Of a DNA stretch of 40,291 bases, positions 1-19,301 are shown piece after piece. The stretch comes from Eledone cirrhosa (lineage: Eukaryota), in assembly GCA_964016885.1 (NCBI GenBank), contig CAXHJY010000982.1, positions 1 to 40,291 on the forward strand. Reading direction: 5' to 3'. The stretch's first letter is position 1. Every line of letters starts with the position of its first letter. The notes below the pieces were generated by a model. That model searched no databases and was not told the DNA's origin. It worked only from the letters and a program-made list of their open reading frames with translations. Made by a program: the position numbers and the translations under genes.

Positions 1-17
1 ATGTATGTATATATATG

Positions 18-102
<85 letters not shown>

Positions 103-103
103 G

Positions 104-138
<35 letters not shown>

Positions 139-186
139 GTATATGTATATATATAATGTATGTATATATATATATATATATATACG

Positions 187-217
<31 letters not shown>

Positions 218-603
218 GTATATATATATATATGTGTATATATATATGTGTATATATATATGTGTATATATATATATGTATATATATATATGTATATATA
301 TATATATGTGTATATATATATGTGTATATATATATGTGTATATATATATGTGTATATATATGTGTATATATATATATGTATATATATATATGTATATATA
401 TATATTTATATGTATATATGTATATATATATATGTGTATATATATATATGTATATATATATATATGTGTATATATATATGTGTATATATATATGTGTTAT
501 ATATATATGTGTATATGTATATGTGTATATATATATGTGTATATATATATGTGTATGTGTATATATATGTGTATATATATGTGTATATATATATGTGTAT
601 ATG

Positions 604-652
<49 letters not shown>

Positions 653-738
653 GTATATATATATGTATATGTATATGTATATATATATATATGTATATAT
701 ATTTATGTATATATATATATGTATATATATATATGTAT
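1..738. repeat. Degenerate (TA)n microsatellite with G interruptions (TATG type)
   Basis: Direct reading: TA dinucleotides with phase-preserving A>G substitutions. Confidence 0.98.
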
Positions 739-1281
739 GTAGATAAATCTACCAAGAGTTTACGGTAGTGTCCAATCCGTATGAAGAACTCAATGTAATC
801 CGGATATCATGAAAAGAAGAGATGCAATGAAAAATCACTTTCGGTGAAAGATAAACGGAATACAGAGTCAAGATAAAATATTAAAAAAATAATGAATAAA
901 ACAATGAAACAGTTCCTTATATTAAACAAAAAAAGTTCATTATTTAACGATCGTTTCTAGGATATATATGTGTTAGAATTGCATGCATATTCAACAGATC
1001 TATGTACAAAATTATACAAAATTATACAAACTATCAAAATTAAATATACATACCAAACACATATATATGCCGTCTTCAGAACGGCATATATATGTGTTTG
1101 GTATGTATATTTAATTTTGATGGTTTGTATAATTTTGTATAATTTTGTACATAGATCTGTTGAATATGCATGCCAATTCTAACACATATATATCCTAGAA
1201 ACGATCGTTAAATAATGAACTTTTTTGTTTAATATAAGGAACTGTTTCATTGTTTTATTCATTATTTTTTTAATATTTTAT
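739..1281 (-). mobile_element. Non-coding hammerhead-containing element (family A; PLE pseudo-LTR or retrozyme-like), palindromic copy 1
   Basis: 739-1080 is the reverse complement of the solo copy at 34223-34555. Arms 873-1073 and 1081-1281 are near-perfect inverted repeats around the spacer CTTCAGA. Both ends abut (TA)n. Confidence 0.75.
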
Positions 1282-4163
<2,882 letters not shown>

Positions 4164-4708
4164 GTAGATAAATCTACCAAGAGTTTACGGTAGTGTCCAA
4201 TCCGTATGAAGAACTCAATGTAATCCGGATATCATGAAAAGAAGAGATGCAATGAAAAATCACTTTCGGTGAAAGATAAACGGAATACAGAGTCAAGATA
4301 AAATATTAAAAAAATAATGAATAAAACAATGAAACAGTTCCTTATATTAAACAAAAAAAGTTCATTATTTAACGATCGTTTCTAGGATATATATGTGTTA
4401 GAATTGGCATGCATATTCAACAGATCTATGTACAAAATTATACAAAATTATACAAACTATCAAAATTAAATATACATACCAAACACATATATATGCCGTT
4501 CTGAAGACGGCATATATATGTGTTTGGTATGTATATTTAATTTTGATAGTTTGTATAATTTTGTATAATTTTGTACATAGATCTGTTGAATATGCATGCC
4601 AATTCTAACACATATATATCCTAGAAACGATCGTTAAATAATGAACTTTTTTTGTTTAATATAAGGAACTGTTTCATTGTTTTATTCATTATTTTTTTAA
4701 TATTTTAT
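4164..4708 (-). mobile_element. Family A element, palindromic copy 2
   Basis: Near-identical to 739-1281. Arms 4298-4499 and 4507-4708 flank the spacer TCTGAAG, the reverse complement of the copy-1 spacer. Confidence 0.75.
4500..4643 (+). ncRNA. Type I hammerhead-like motif with very long stem II
   Basis: CTGAAGA at 4501-4507, then a long G-U-compatible hairpin, then GAAAC-GATC-GTT at 4624-4635 (palindromic helix III loop). The 5' strand of helix I is missing or very short. Confidence 0.6.
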
Positions 4709-5947
<1,239 letters not shown>

Positions 5948-6464
5948 TGTTATATTTGGGGAGGGTCATATTTGCGTAATATTGCCAGAATTAATAACAG
6001 AACACACTCACTGTTTGGTTGGTTTTCGCTTCTCGCTGTCTTTTATATACATATATCTGCGATCTAACTTACTCGGTCCTCAATGTTGCCATTGACTGAC
6101 CGGCGGTCAAAAATAATACAGATACAATATAGACAAACACATATATATATAGTTTACATAAATCTTTCGTTGCACATCTGCAACATCGTCAGTGGTGTTA
6201 TATTCATTGTTCCTCCTGTTGTGTTGTATGTCTACGCCATTTTTTTTGTTCAGTCTGTCTATATATTTATTTATTTATTTGCTTGTTTGTTTATCTTATT
6301 TTATTTTGTCTTCTTTGCGCATGCGTTTGCGTGTGTGTATAGTGTTATGTGTGATGTGTGACTAGTGTGTATAGTGTTGTGTCTGCTGGGTGACTAGTGT
6401 GTGTTTATGTGCTTGTGTATGTATTTATTTATCTTATTTTATTTTATTTAATTTACTTATTTAT

Positions 6465-7260
6465 TTATACTTCTCTTAGGTCAGTGTTGTTTGTTTGGGT
6501 GTTGTTGTTGTTCCACTCATTCTTTCTGTTTAGCTTTGGTCTTCTAATTTCTATTTCACTGGCCTCTCTGATTTGCCTATCTGCTGGGTCATTCCTATGT
6601 TTAGATATTATTCTAATTTCTATGTTGTCTATGTTACCGTCATGATGTTGTCTAGCATGTTCGTATAGTACTGACCCGTTTTTTCGTCCTTTTAGTTCCC
6701 CCCCAGTGTTGGTCTATCCTTTCACCTATGCTACGAGCTGTCTCACCTATGTATGTTGTTGTCGTGTTTCTGCAAGTACCCTCTGTACATCTTATGCTAT
6801 AGACTACGTTTCTAGTTTTACAGTTTATCCGGGGGTTCACCTTACATATGATACATTTCCTATTGGTACAGTGGGTTTTCTTAAAAGGGTAGGTTTTGCT
6901 GATCAGGGATTTTATGGTGGTTCCTGGCTTTTCTACCACCTTTATTTTTAAGTGGGTCTTTCTCAGGGCCTTTCTACACTGGTTAGCTAATTTCCCTCCA
7001 GGGGTGGCGTCCACAAACATGACACTCTGATATCTCTGGTTGTCGTACCATGATGTGGCCTTCCCTATCTTATGTCTAGCCCTATCTAAGCTATTCCATG
7101 ATTTGCTCCTGTATAGTGGGCAAATTCCTTTCATGTCCAGTTCTATGAGGGTCTTATACTTTTCCATGGCTCCTTCGTATACTCTGACTCTGTCTCTTTG
7201 GTTGTAGCCAGAGAACTGCATGCGGTTGATGAAGTGTTGGATGTGTCCTTCCATTTCTGT
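6465..7260 (-). pseudogene. Inverted copy of PLE1 C-terminus (RT thumb/linker + GIY-YIG), frameshifted
   Basis: Protein matches the end of 7680..10040 except CPLY vs CLLY. C7 here (6698-6704) versus G6 in the main copy shifts the frame after QHWG. Confidence 0.9.
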
Positions 7261-7262
7261 CC

Positions 7263-10040
7263 AATACTAGCGATAGACAGAACAACAACAACCACAATAA
7301 TAATAATAATAGAAACGTTAACCACAGACACAGCAACAGTGACCACAGTAGTAATAACGGTAACAATACGAACAACAACAACAACAATAACCACAGTGGT
7401 AATAATGGAAATAGTACATGTAGCAACATCAACAAAAACAAGAAACATAATAATAGTAACAACCACAATGGTAGAAATAGCAGTAACAACAACAACAATA
7501 ACGGTGAAGTAAACAACAATACATCTAGCAATCATAACAATAATAATATTAATGCTAAGGATAGAAACAACAACAACCACCATGATAACAATAATAGCAA
7601 CACACACAACTATGACGATAGAAATAACGACAACCCCTTAGAGAAACTATTTTTCAACCCAGCTGACAAAACATATAAGATGGGTAATATCTATCCTACG
7701 AGGTTACCCTTTAATAAAAGAGTTTGCATACCACAACAAATAGATGACGAGACGGAGGCACAGTTCACCATAGCTAGAAATAAGATTAGACAAGTAGTAG
7801 ACAGGTACACTATGAGACAGAGCAGACCAGAGGCCCAACAACTTGGGATAAAACCTGTAGAAGGCTTGGTTAGCCTCAAGCAGCGCACAAGGGATGGTGA
7901 GGTAGTGTGTCTACCCACAGATAAGTCTGGTAGGATGTCAATAGATAGCATGCCGAACTACATCGAGGCAATGCAACCCCACATCACCAACACGAGCGAA
8001 GTTGCACAACTAACACACGATGGGAGAGAAAAAATCCTCAACGCTCACATGATGATGTGGACTGACATCCTAAAGCCAAGCAGACGCACTGCCAACAACT
8101 TCCAGGCGTCTAACAATGGCATACCACCCTTGTATGGGCTCCGCAAAGACCACAAGACAGTCGACGACCCGACAATAGGACCACCAACAAGACCTGTATG
8201 CGGAGCTAATATAGCTAGCAACTACAGGATCTCCTACTTCCTCTCAATGGTTATACGCCCCATAATCAAGATGTCCCCAGATGTATGTGAAAGTACAGAG
8301 GACCTCCTCAGCAGAATCAGTGAGTGCAACAAAAACAGGAGCCTATCCAACTGCATAATAGGCAGCATGGATGTGGTGTCACTGTACCCATCCATTAACA
8401 TTGATTTTGCTGTGAAAAGATGTGTGGAGATGATCATTGAGAGTGAGGTGGAGTTCTGCGACGTCGACACAGACGAACTGGGCCTCCTACTTAGACTTAC
8501 CTACGACACTGACTACCTAGACAGCCATGACCTTAGATGTTTCTGCCCTAGTAGACCTATAAGAGGTAGACCCCCCACCATAACCTCAATGGCTAAAAAG
8601 ACTCCCATAGGAAGGTGGATTGGGTGGACCAAAGCTATACGGACCCCCCAAAACACTGATCAGGTAAGAAAAATGGTCGCACATGCAATAGGGGCTAGTA
8701 TCAAAACTACCCTAAAGGGCCACATATTTAAGTTCAATGAGAAAATCTACACCCAAAATGAGGGAGCAGCCATCGGCGTCAGCATAGCTGGCGATGTTGC
8801 CAACCTTTTCATGGTATGGTGGGAAAGGAGACTTAAAGATCTCCTTAATGAAAGCTCCATAGACCTCATCATGTACTCTCGTTATGTAGACGATATCAAT
8901 ATAGTTATAAGAACACCCCCACTAGAGAGCACTAACAAGTTTGATTTAGAACGTAGCACGATGGAAAGCATCCAGCAGATAGCTAATTCCATACACCAGA
9001 GTATAACTGTAACTATAGACTTCCCTTCCAAACACCCTAACAATAGACTACCTGTATTAGACACAGAACTCTGGATCAACACTATAGACGAGAGAGCCCA
9101 AATTCTCCACTCACACTATGCTAAACCCATGGCCTCCAAATACCTGATACTCAAAAACTCAGCAATGTCCAGTAGTGCTAAGTTTAATATTCTGATCGCA
9201 GATTTGGTACGAGTGATGAAGAATGTGTCCAGCATGTGCGACCCAACAGAAATGGAAGGACACATCCAACACTTCATCAACCGCATGCAGTTCTCTGGCT
9301 ACAACCAAAGAGACAGAGTCAGAGTATACGAAGGAGCCATGGAAAAGTATAAGACCCTCATAGAACTGGACATGAAAGGAATTTGCCTACTATACAGGAG
9401 CAAATCATGGAATAGCTTAGATAGGGCTAGACATAAGATAGGGAAGGCCACATCATGGTACGACAACCAGAGATATCAGAGTGTCATGTTTGTGGACGCC
9501 ACCCCTGGAGGGAAATTAGCTAACCAGTGTAGAAAGGCCCTGAGAAAGACCCACTTAAAAATAAAGGTGGTAGAAAAGCCAGGAACCACCATAAAATCCC
9601 TGATCAGCAAAACCTACCCTTTTAAGAAAACCCACTGTACCAATAGGAAATGTATCATATGTAAGGTGAACCCCCGGATAAACTGTAAAACTAGAAACGT
9701 AGTCTATAGCATAAGATGTACAGAGGGTACTTGCAGAAACACGACAACAACATACATAGGTGAGACAGCTCGTAGCATAGGTGAAAGGATAGACCAACAC
9801 TGGGGGGAACTAAAAGGACGAAAAAACGGGTCAGTACTATACGAACATGCTAGACAACATCATGACGGTAACATAGACAACATAGAAATTAGAATAATAT
9901 CTAAACATAGGAATGACCCAGCAGATAGGCAAATCAGAGAGGCCAGTGAAATAGAAATTAGAAGACCAAAGCTAAACAGAAAGAATGAGTGGAACAACAA
10001 CAACACCCAAACAAACAACACTGACCTAAGAGAAGTATAA
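7263..10040 (+). CDS. PLE1 reverse transcriptase + GIY-YIG endonuclease (N-terminally truncated)
   Basis: RT motifs SMDVVSLYPSI, GAAIGVSIAGDVANLFM, RYVDD and LPVLD. Cys-rich linker (C..CIIC...C), then VVYSIRC...YIGETAR.IGER..QH...E. The frame stays open upstream of ATG 7680 through an Asn-rich tract back to the inversion junction (7263 is in frame, 139 extra codons). Confidence 0.93.
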   Translation, partial: NTSDRQNNNNHNNNNNRNVNHRHSNSDHSSNNGNNTNNNNNNNHSGNNGNSTCSNINKNKKHNNSNNHNGRNSSNNNNNNGEVNNNTSSNHNNNNINAKDRNNNNHHDNNNSNTHNYDDRNNDNPLEKLFFNPADKTYKMGNIYPTRLPFNKRVCIPQQIDDETEAQFTIARNKIRQVVDRYTMRQSRPEAQQLGIKPVEGLVSLKQRTRDGEVVCLPTDKSGRMSIDSMPNYIEAMQPHITNTSEVAQLTHDGREKILNAHMMMWTDILKPSRRTANNFQASNNGIPPLYGLRKDHKTVDDPTIGPPTRPVCGANIASNYRISYFLSMVIRPIIKMSPDVCESTEDLLSRISECNKNRSLSNCIIGSMDVVSLYPSINIDFAVKRCVEMIIESEVEFCDVDTDELGLLLRLTYDTDYLDSHDLRCFCPSRPIRGRPPTITSMAKKTPIGRWIGWTKAIRTPQNTDQVRKMVAHAIGASIKTTLKGHIFKFNEKIYTQNEGAAIGVSIAGDVANLFMVWWERRLKDLLNESSIDLIMYSRYVDDINIVIRTPPLESTNKFDLERSTMESIQQIANSIHQSITVTIDFPSKHPNNRLPVLDTELWINTIDERAQILHSHYAKPMASKYLILKNSAMSSSAKFNILIADLVRVMKNVSSMCDPTEMEGHIQHFINRMQFSGYNQRDRVRVYEGAMEKYKTLIELDMKGICLLYRSKSWNSLDRARHKIGKATSWYDNQRYQSVMFVDATPGGKLANQCRKALRKTHLKIKVVEKPGTTIKSLISKTYPFKKTHCTNRKCIICKVNPRINCKTRNVVYSIRCTEGTCRNTTTTYIGETARSIGERIDQHWGELKGRKNGSVLYEHARQHHDGNIDNIEIRIISKHRNDPADRQIREASEIEIRRPKLNRKNEWNNNNTQTNNTDLREV

Positions 10041-10179
10041 ATAAATAAGTAAATTAAATAAAATAAAATAAGATAAATAAATACATACACAAGCACATAA
10101 ACACACACTAGTCACCCAGCAGACACAACACTATACACACTAGTCACACATCACACATAACACTATACACACACGCAAA

Positions 10180-10271
10180 CGCATGCGCAAAGAAGACAAA
10201 ATAAAATAAGATAAACAAACAAGCAAATAAATAAATAAATATATAGACAGACTGAACAAAAAAAAATGGCG
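10180..10271 (+). promoter_or_regulatory. Candidate pseudo-LTR promoter motifs: NRF1-like CGCATGCGCA (10180-10189) and YY1-like AAAATGGCG (10263-10271)
   Basis: Both motifs occur in the same order in the otherwise diverged PLE3 pseudo-LTR (29709-29718 and 29671-29679, minus strand). Confidence 0.5.
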
Positions 10272-10306
10272 TAGACATACAACACAACAGGAGGAACAAT
10301 GAATAT

Positions 10307-10350
10307 AACACCACTGACGATGTTGCAGATGTGCAACGAAAGATTTATGT
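10307..10350 (+). ncRNA. Degenerate minimal hammerhead-like core in PLE1 pseudo-LTR
   Basis: CTGACGA-T-GTTGCA-gatg-TGCAAC-GAAAG. Stem II covaries with the PLE3 version. Helix I is weak. Also present on the minus strand in the two other PLE1 pseudo-LTR copies. Confidence 0.5.
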
Positions 10351-10536
10351 AAACTATATATATATGTGTTTGTCTATATTGTATCTGTATTATTTTTGAC
10401 CGCCGGTCAGTCAATGGCAACATTGAGGACCGAGTAAGTTAGATCGCAGATATATGTATATAAAAGACAGCGAGAAGCGAAAACCAACCAAACAGTGAGT
10501 GTGTTCTGTTATTAATTCTGGCAATATTACGCAAAT

Positions 10537-14087
<3,551 letters not shown>

Positions 14088-14661
14088 AGAGATTACAGTA
14101 ATCAAAGTTCAGTTTAAGTCATTTATTTGCTTACAATTGTTTCCTCCAAACCGAGTTTTGGATTCTTCGGAGCAGCTATTTATAACATACTTGACCTCCT
14201 TTTCAAGCCAAGAGACACATAAAACATATGCGCATATTGATCAACAGTGGGGTGACATTCATCATAGAAATAGCATGGCAATTTACATATAAAGTGTTAC
14301 ATGATAAAAATAAAATAAAAGCAAGAGTGAAAATAAAGATAAACATGAAGCGTTGGCAGTCTATGAAGATAAAGCAAGAGGAAAGCTTAGAGTAGTCAGT
14401 GCATGAAGCAATCTCCCGTGTAGCATGCACGCACATGATTAGAGTGCGTCAGAATGATATTTGCAGGGTCAGGCAGTTGAAGCAGGCAATCGATCTTATT
14501 ATATAGGCTGAATTATTAAGTCATTTATTCTCATACATCTGTATGATATACAGTCTCGGATGCGGGGAAACACCAAAATGTCAAAAACCTTCAACATACT
14601 ATAAACCTTATTGTATCGTAGGCAAGGTCGTACCACTGTCCTTGCTCACACCACCACTCAC
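14088..14661 (-). mobile_element. Non-coding insert, probable pseudo-LTR of another PLE family
   Basis: Unique sequence flanked by (TA)n on both sides, with a hammerhead motif about 40 nt from its minus-strand 3' end. No recognisable coding sequence. Confidence 0.55.
14128..14174 (-). ncRNA. Minimal type I hammerhead ribozyme, U4C core variant
   Basis: Minus strand reads TGCT-CCGAAGA-a-TCCAAA-actcgg-TTTGGA-g-GAAAC-AATT-GTA/AGCA. Helices I, II and the palindromic III are all present, with a GUA site. Confidence 0.7.
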
Positions 14662-14662
14662 A

Positions 14663-14714
<52 letters not shown>

Positions 14715-14846
14715 TGTATATGTATATATGTATATGTATATATATATATATGTATATGTATATATGTATATGTATATATATATATGTATATGTATATATA
14801 TGTATATGTATATATATATATGTATGTATATATATATATATATACG

Positions 14847-14885
<39 letters not shown>

Positions 14886-14886
14886 G

Positions 14887-14919
<33 letters not shown>

Positions 14920-15004
14920 GTATATATATATATGTGTATATATATATGTGTATATATATATATATATGTGTATATATATATATGTATATGTATATATATA
15001 TATG

Positions 15005-15036
<32 letters not shown>

Positions 15037-15282
15037 TATGTATATGTATATATATATATGTATATGTATATATATATATGTATATATATATATGTATATA
15101 TATATATGTATATATATATATGTATATATATATATGTGTATATATATATGTGTATATATATATATGTGTATATATATATGTGTATATATATATGTGTATA
15201 TATATATGTGTATATATATATATGTGTATATATATATGTGTATATATATATGTGTATATGTATGTATATATATATATGTATG

Positions 15283-15327
<45 letters not shown>

Positions 15328-15374
15328 GTATATGTATATATATGTATATATATATATATGTATATATATATATG

Positions 15375-15405
<31 letters not shown>

Positions 15406-15442
15406 GTATATGTATATGTATATATATATATATATGTATATA
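14662..15442. repeat. Degenerate (TA)n/(TATG)n microsatellite, G-type
   Basis: Direct reading. Confidence 0.97.
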
Positions 15443-15700
15443 TAACTTTGAATAACTTTGAAATGTTTTGGCCAGTATTGGCCCAGGCCATGTCTAACTT
15501 AATAGCACCACCTGGCGAAGTCTTTCAATTCAGGATTTGGGCACCATGGCCCATTCGAGAAGAGAATTACTGTTTGCGGAGATATATCCGGGTGTGGGTG
15601 GTTTGTCCGGGATTACTTGGAGGAATTTGTCCAAAGACTTCTTGAATTTTGTGTGGTCAGTTTCTGTTTTGACGTGTCCTGGTGTGATGTTGAAGAGAGC
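15443..15700 (-). mobile_element. 3' end of a CR1-group LINE (ORF2 C-terminus + 3' UTR + tandem tail)
   Basis: My translation of 15700-15530 gives [56 protein letters not shown], which has the typical LFN..P..FK..LD.FL..IPD.P ending. The tail is (TTCAAAGTTA)x2. Confidence 0.8.
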
Positions 15701-15703
15701 AAA

Positions 15704-15798
15704 ATATATATATACATATATATATATGTATATATATATATGTATATATATATATGTATATATATATATGTATATATATATATGTATATATATATATG

Positions 15799-15843
<45 letters not shown>

Positions 15844-15848
15844 GTATG

Positions 15849-15879
<31 letters not shown>

Positions 15880-15940
15880 GTATATATATATATTTATATA
15901 TATATGTATATATGTATGTATATGTATGTGTATGTATATG

Positions 15941-15987
<47 letters not shown>

Positions 15988-16004
15988 GTATATATATATG
16001 TATG

Positions 16005-16035
<31 letters not shown>

Positions 16036-16116
16036 GTATTTATATATATATGTATATATATATATATGTATTTATATATATATGTATATATATATATATG
16101 TATTTATATATATATG

Positions 16117-16195
<79 letters not shown>

Positions 16196-16376
16196 GTATG
16201 TATATATATGTATATGTATGTATATATATATGTATGTATATATATATATATGTATATATATATATGTATATATATATGTATATATATATATGTATATATA
16301 TATATGTATATATATATGTATATATATATATGTATATATATATGTATATATATATATATGTATATATATATGTATG

Positions 16377-16439
<63 letters not shown>

Positions 16440-16450
16440 GTATATATATG

Positions 16451-16481
<31 letters not shown>

Positions 16482-16651
16482 GGTATATATATATATGTAT
16501 ATATATATATGTATATATATATATATGTATGTATATATATATGTATGTATATATATATGTATATATATATGTATGTATATATGTATATATAAATATATGT
16601 ATGTATATATGTATATATATATGTATATATATATATATGTATGTATATATG

Positions 16652-16727
<76 letters not shown>

Positions 16728-16751
16728 TGTATATATATATATATATGTATG

Positions 16752-16801
<50 letters not shown>

Positions 16802-16806
16802 TGTAT

Positions 16807-16861
<55 letters not shown>

Positions 16862-16947
16862 TGTATATATATATATGTATATATATATGTGTATATATAT
16901 ATGTATGTATATATATATGTGTATATATATATGTGTATATATATATG

Positions 16948-16993
<46 letters not shown>

Positions 16994-17087
16994 TGTGTAT
17001 ATATATATATATGTATATATGTGTATATATATATATGTATATATGTGTATATATATATGTGTATATATATATATATGTATATATATG

Positions 17088-17120
<33 letters not shown>

Positions 17121-17166
17121 GTATATATGTATATATATATATATATTATATATATGTATATATGTA

Positions 17167-17197
<31 letters not shown>

Positions 17198-17342
17198 ATA
17201 TGTATATATATATATATATGTATATATGTATATATGTATATATGTATATATATATATATATGTATATATATGTGTATATGTATATATATGTATATATATA
17301 TATATGTATATATGTATATATATGTATATATATATATATGTA

Positions 17343-17395
<53 letters not shown>

Positions 17396-17502
17396 GTATA
17401 TATGTATATATGTATATATATATATATGTGTATATATATATATATGTATATATATGTATATATGTATATATATATATATATATGTATATATATGTATATA
17501 TG

Positions 17503-17537
<35 letters not shown>

Positions 17538-17599
17538 GTATATATATGTATATATATATATGTATATATATGTATATATGTATATATGATGATGATATG

Positions 17600-17638
<39 letters not shown>

Positions 17639-17655
17639 GTATATATATATGTATG

Positions 17656-17686
<31 letters not shown>

Positions 17687-17785
17687 GTGTATATATATAT
17701 ATATGTGTATATATATATGTATGTATATATATATATATGTATATGTATATATGTATATATATATATATATGTATATGTATATATG

Positions 17786-17840
<55 letters not shown>

Positions 17841-17852
17841 GTATATATATAT
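15704..17852. repeat. Degenerate (TA)n/(TATG)n microsatellite, G-type
   Basis: Direct reading. Confidence 0.98.
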
Positions 17853-17977
17853 GTAGGAGGTGAGTTTTATTGTAGTACAATAAAGCAATGCAGATATCGG
17901 ATAAGAAGCACTCTACAGTTTGTGGGACTGGAGTATGCATAATATAAGATCAAAAGATGGTTAAAGGAGTTCAATAT

Positions 17978-18046
17978 ATTTTATTATGCGCATTTCAAAA
18001 ACAAACATCATCAAACAATAATATTTGTGTTTTCATCAGATAAAAC
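17978..18046 (-). ncRNA. Type I hammerhead ribozyme (PLE2, left arm)
   Basis: Reverse complement of 23486-23554. Confidence 0.85.
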
Positions 18047-19301
18047 AGGAGAACATGATATGAAGGCTAAAAAAACACTTGTTGATAGTGCAGTTTTAAA
18101 TCAACATATGAAAAGTGGTTTTAGATTGATGTGTGATATTGGGAAAAATATTTTATTTAGAGAGGGGGGGAGAGAAAAGGATGAAAAGGGAAGGAGATGA
18201 GAGGGAGAGATGGGTGATAGAGAGAAAGAGATAGTTTTTATAACAGAGAGGAGATATATTTTATATAGAGGGGTTGAAAACCGTTGGAAGATACTGTATA
18301 AATTAAAAATTTTGAAAATTAACGAAGGGAGGATATGTGCGAGGAAAAAATATATTATATTTAGGGAGGGGTGGGGGTGGAAAGGATGAAAAAAAGGGGA
18401 GGAGATGAGAGTGAAGGTGGAAAGGGAGAGATGGGTGATAGAGAGAAAGAGATAGTTTTTATAACTGAGAAAAAGATATAATGTTTTAATATAGAGAGGT
18501 TGGGAACCGTTGGAAGATAATGTATAAATTAAAGGAATTTGAAAATTAACGAAGGGAAATTATGTATGGAGATAGAGAGAAAAAAATAACGAAGGGAGAT
18601 TATGTATGGAGATAGAGAGAAAAAAATAATAATTGTGGGTGAATATTCAAAAGGAGAAATGTAGGAATCTTAAAATTAGCAAAGAGAAAATGTTTATGTA
18701 TAGGATTTGAGAAAAATAATGTGAAGTTAAAGTTTTTATATTGAATTCATATGTATTAATAATGAGTTCGTTGATGGGGAGAAAAAAATAATAATAATAA
18801 ATTAAGGATGAAATTGAGATTAAAAAGATTTATGATAGAGAGAAAAAATAATAATGATTGCGGATGAATACTCAAAATGTCAAAAACAAATGTTATTGTT
18901 TTACGAAGAGATATAATGAGGGTGATGAGTAAACGGGTATTATAGAGTGTATAATGCCCTTTAAAGTAAGGTAGATGGGTATATTTTAAAGAATATATGA
19001 GTATATATTAAAAAAAAATATATATAATAATAAATTAAGGATGAAATTGAGATTAAAAAGATTTATGATAGAGGGAAAAAAAAAAAAAAAAAAAAAAAAA
19101 AATAATAATGATTGCGGATGAATATTCAAAATGTCAAAAACAAATGTTATTGTTTTACGAGAAGATAGGATGAGGTAAATGAATAAACGAGTACTATAGA
19201 GTGTATAATGCCCTTTAAAGTAAGGTAGATGGGTATATTTTAAAGAGGTGTATGTATATGTGCCTTTGAGAAAAGATTCTAAATTGATAAAGAATTGAAT
19301 A

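Noticed and set aside
7143-7607. Hydrophobic V/I/L-rich minus-strand ORFs resembling membrane proteins
   Set aside because: Antisense shadows of the AAC/AAT-rich Asn tract.
15443-15700. Idea that this LINE 3' end is the missing end of the CR1 element at 30197-33010, split by nested insertions
   Set aside because: The breakpoints fall at the same protein motif (LFN..P), but the overlapping codons differ (GCTCTCTTCAACATCACACCA vs CAACTCTTCTATACCCCC), which suggests different families.
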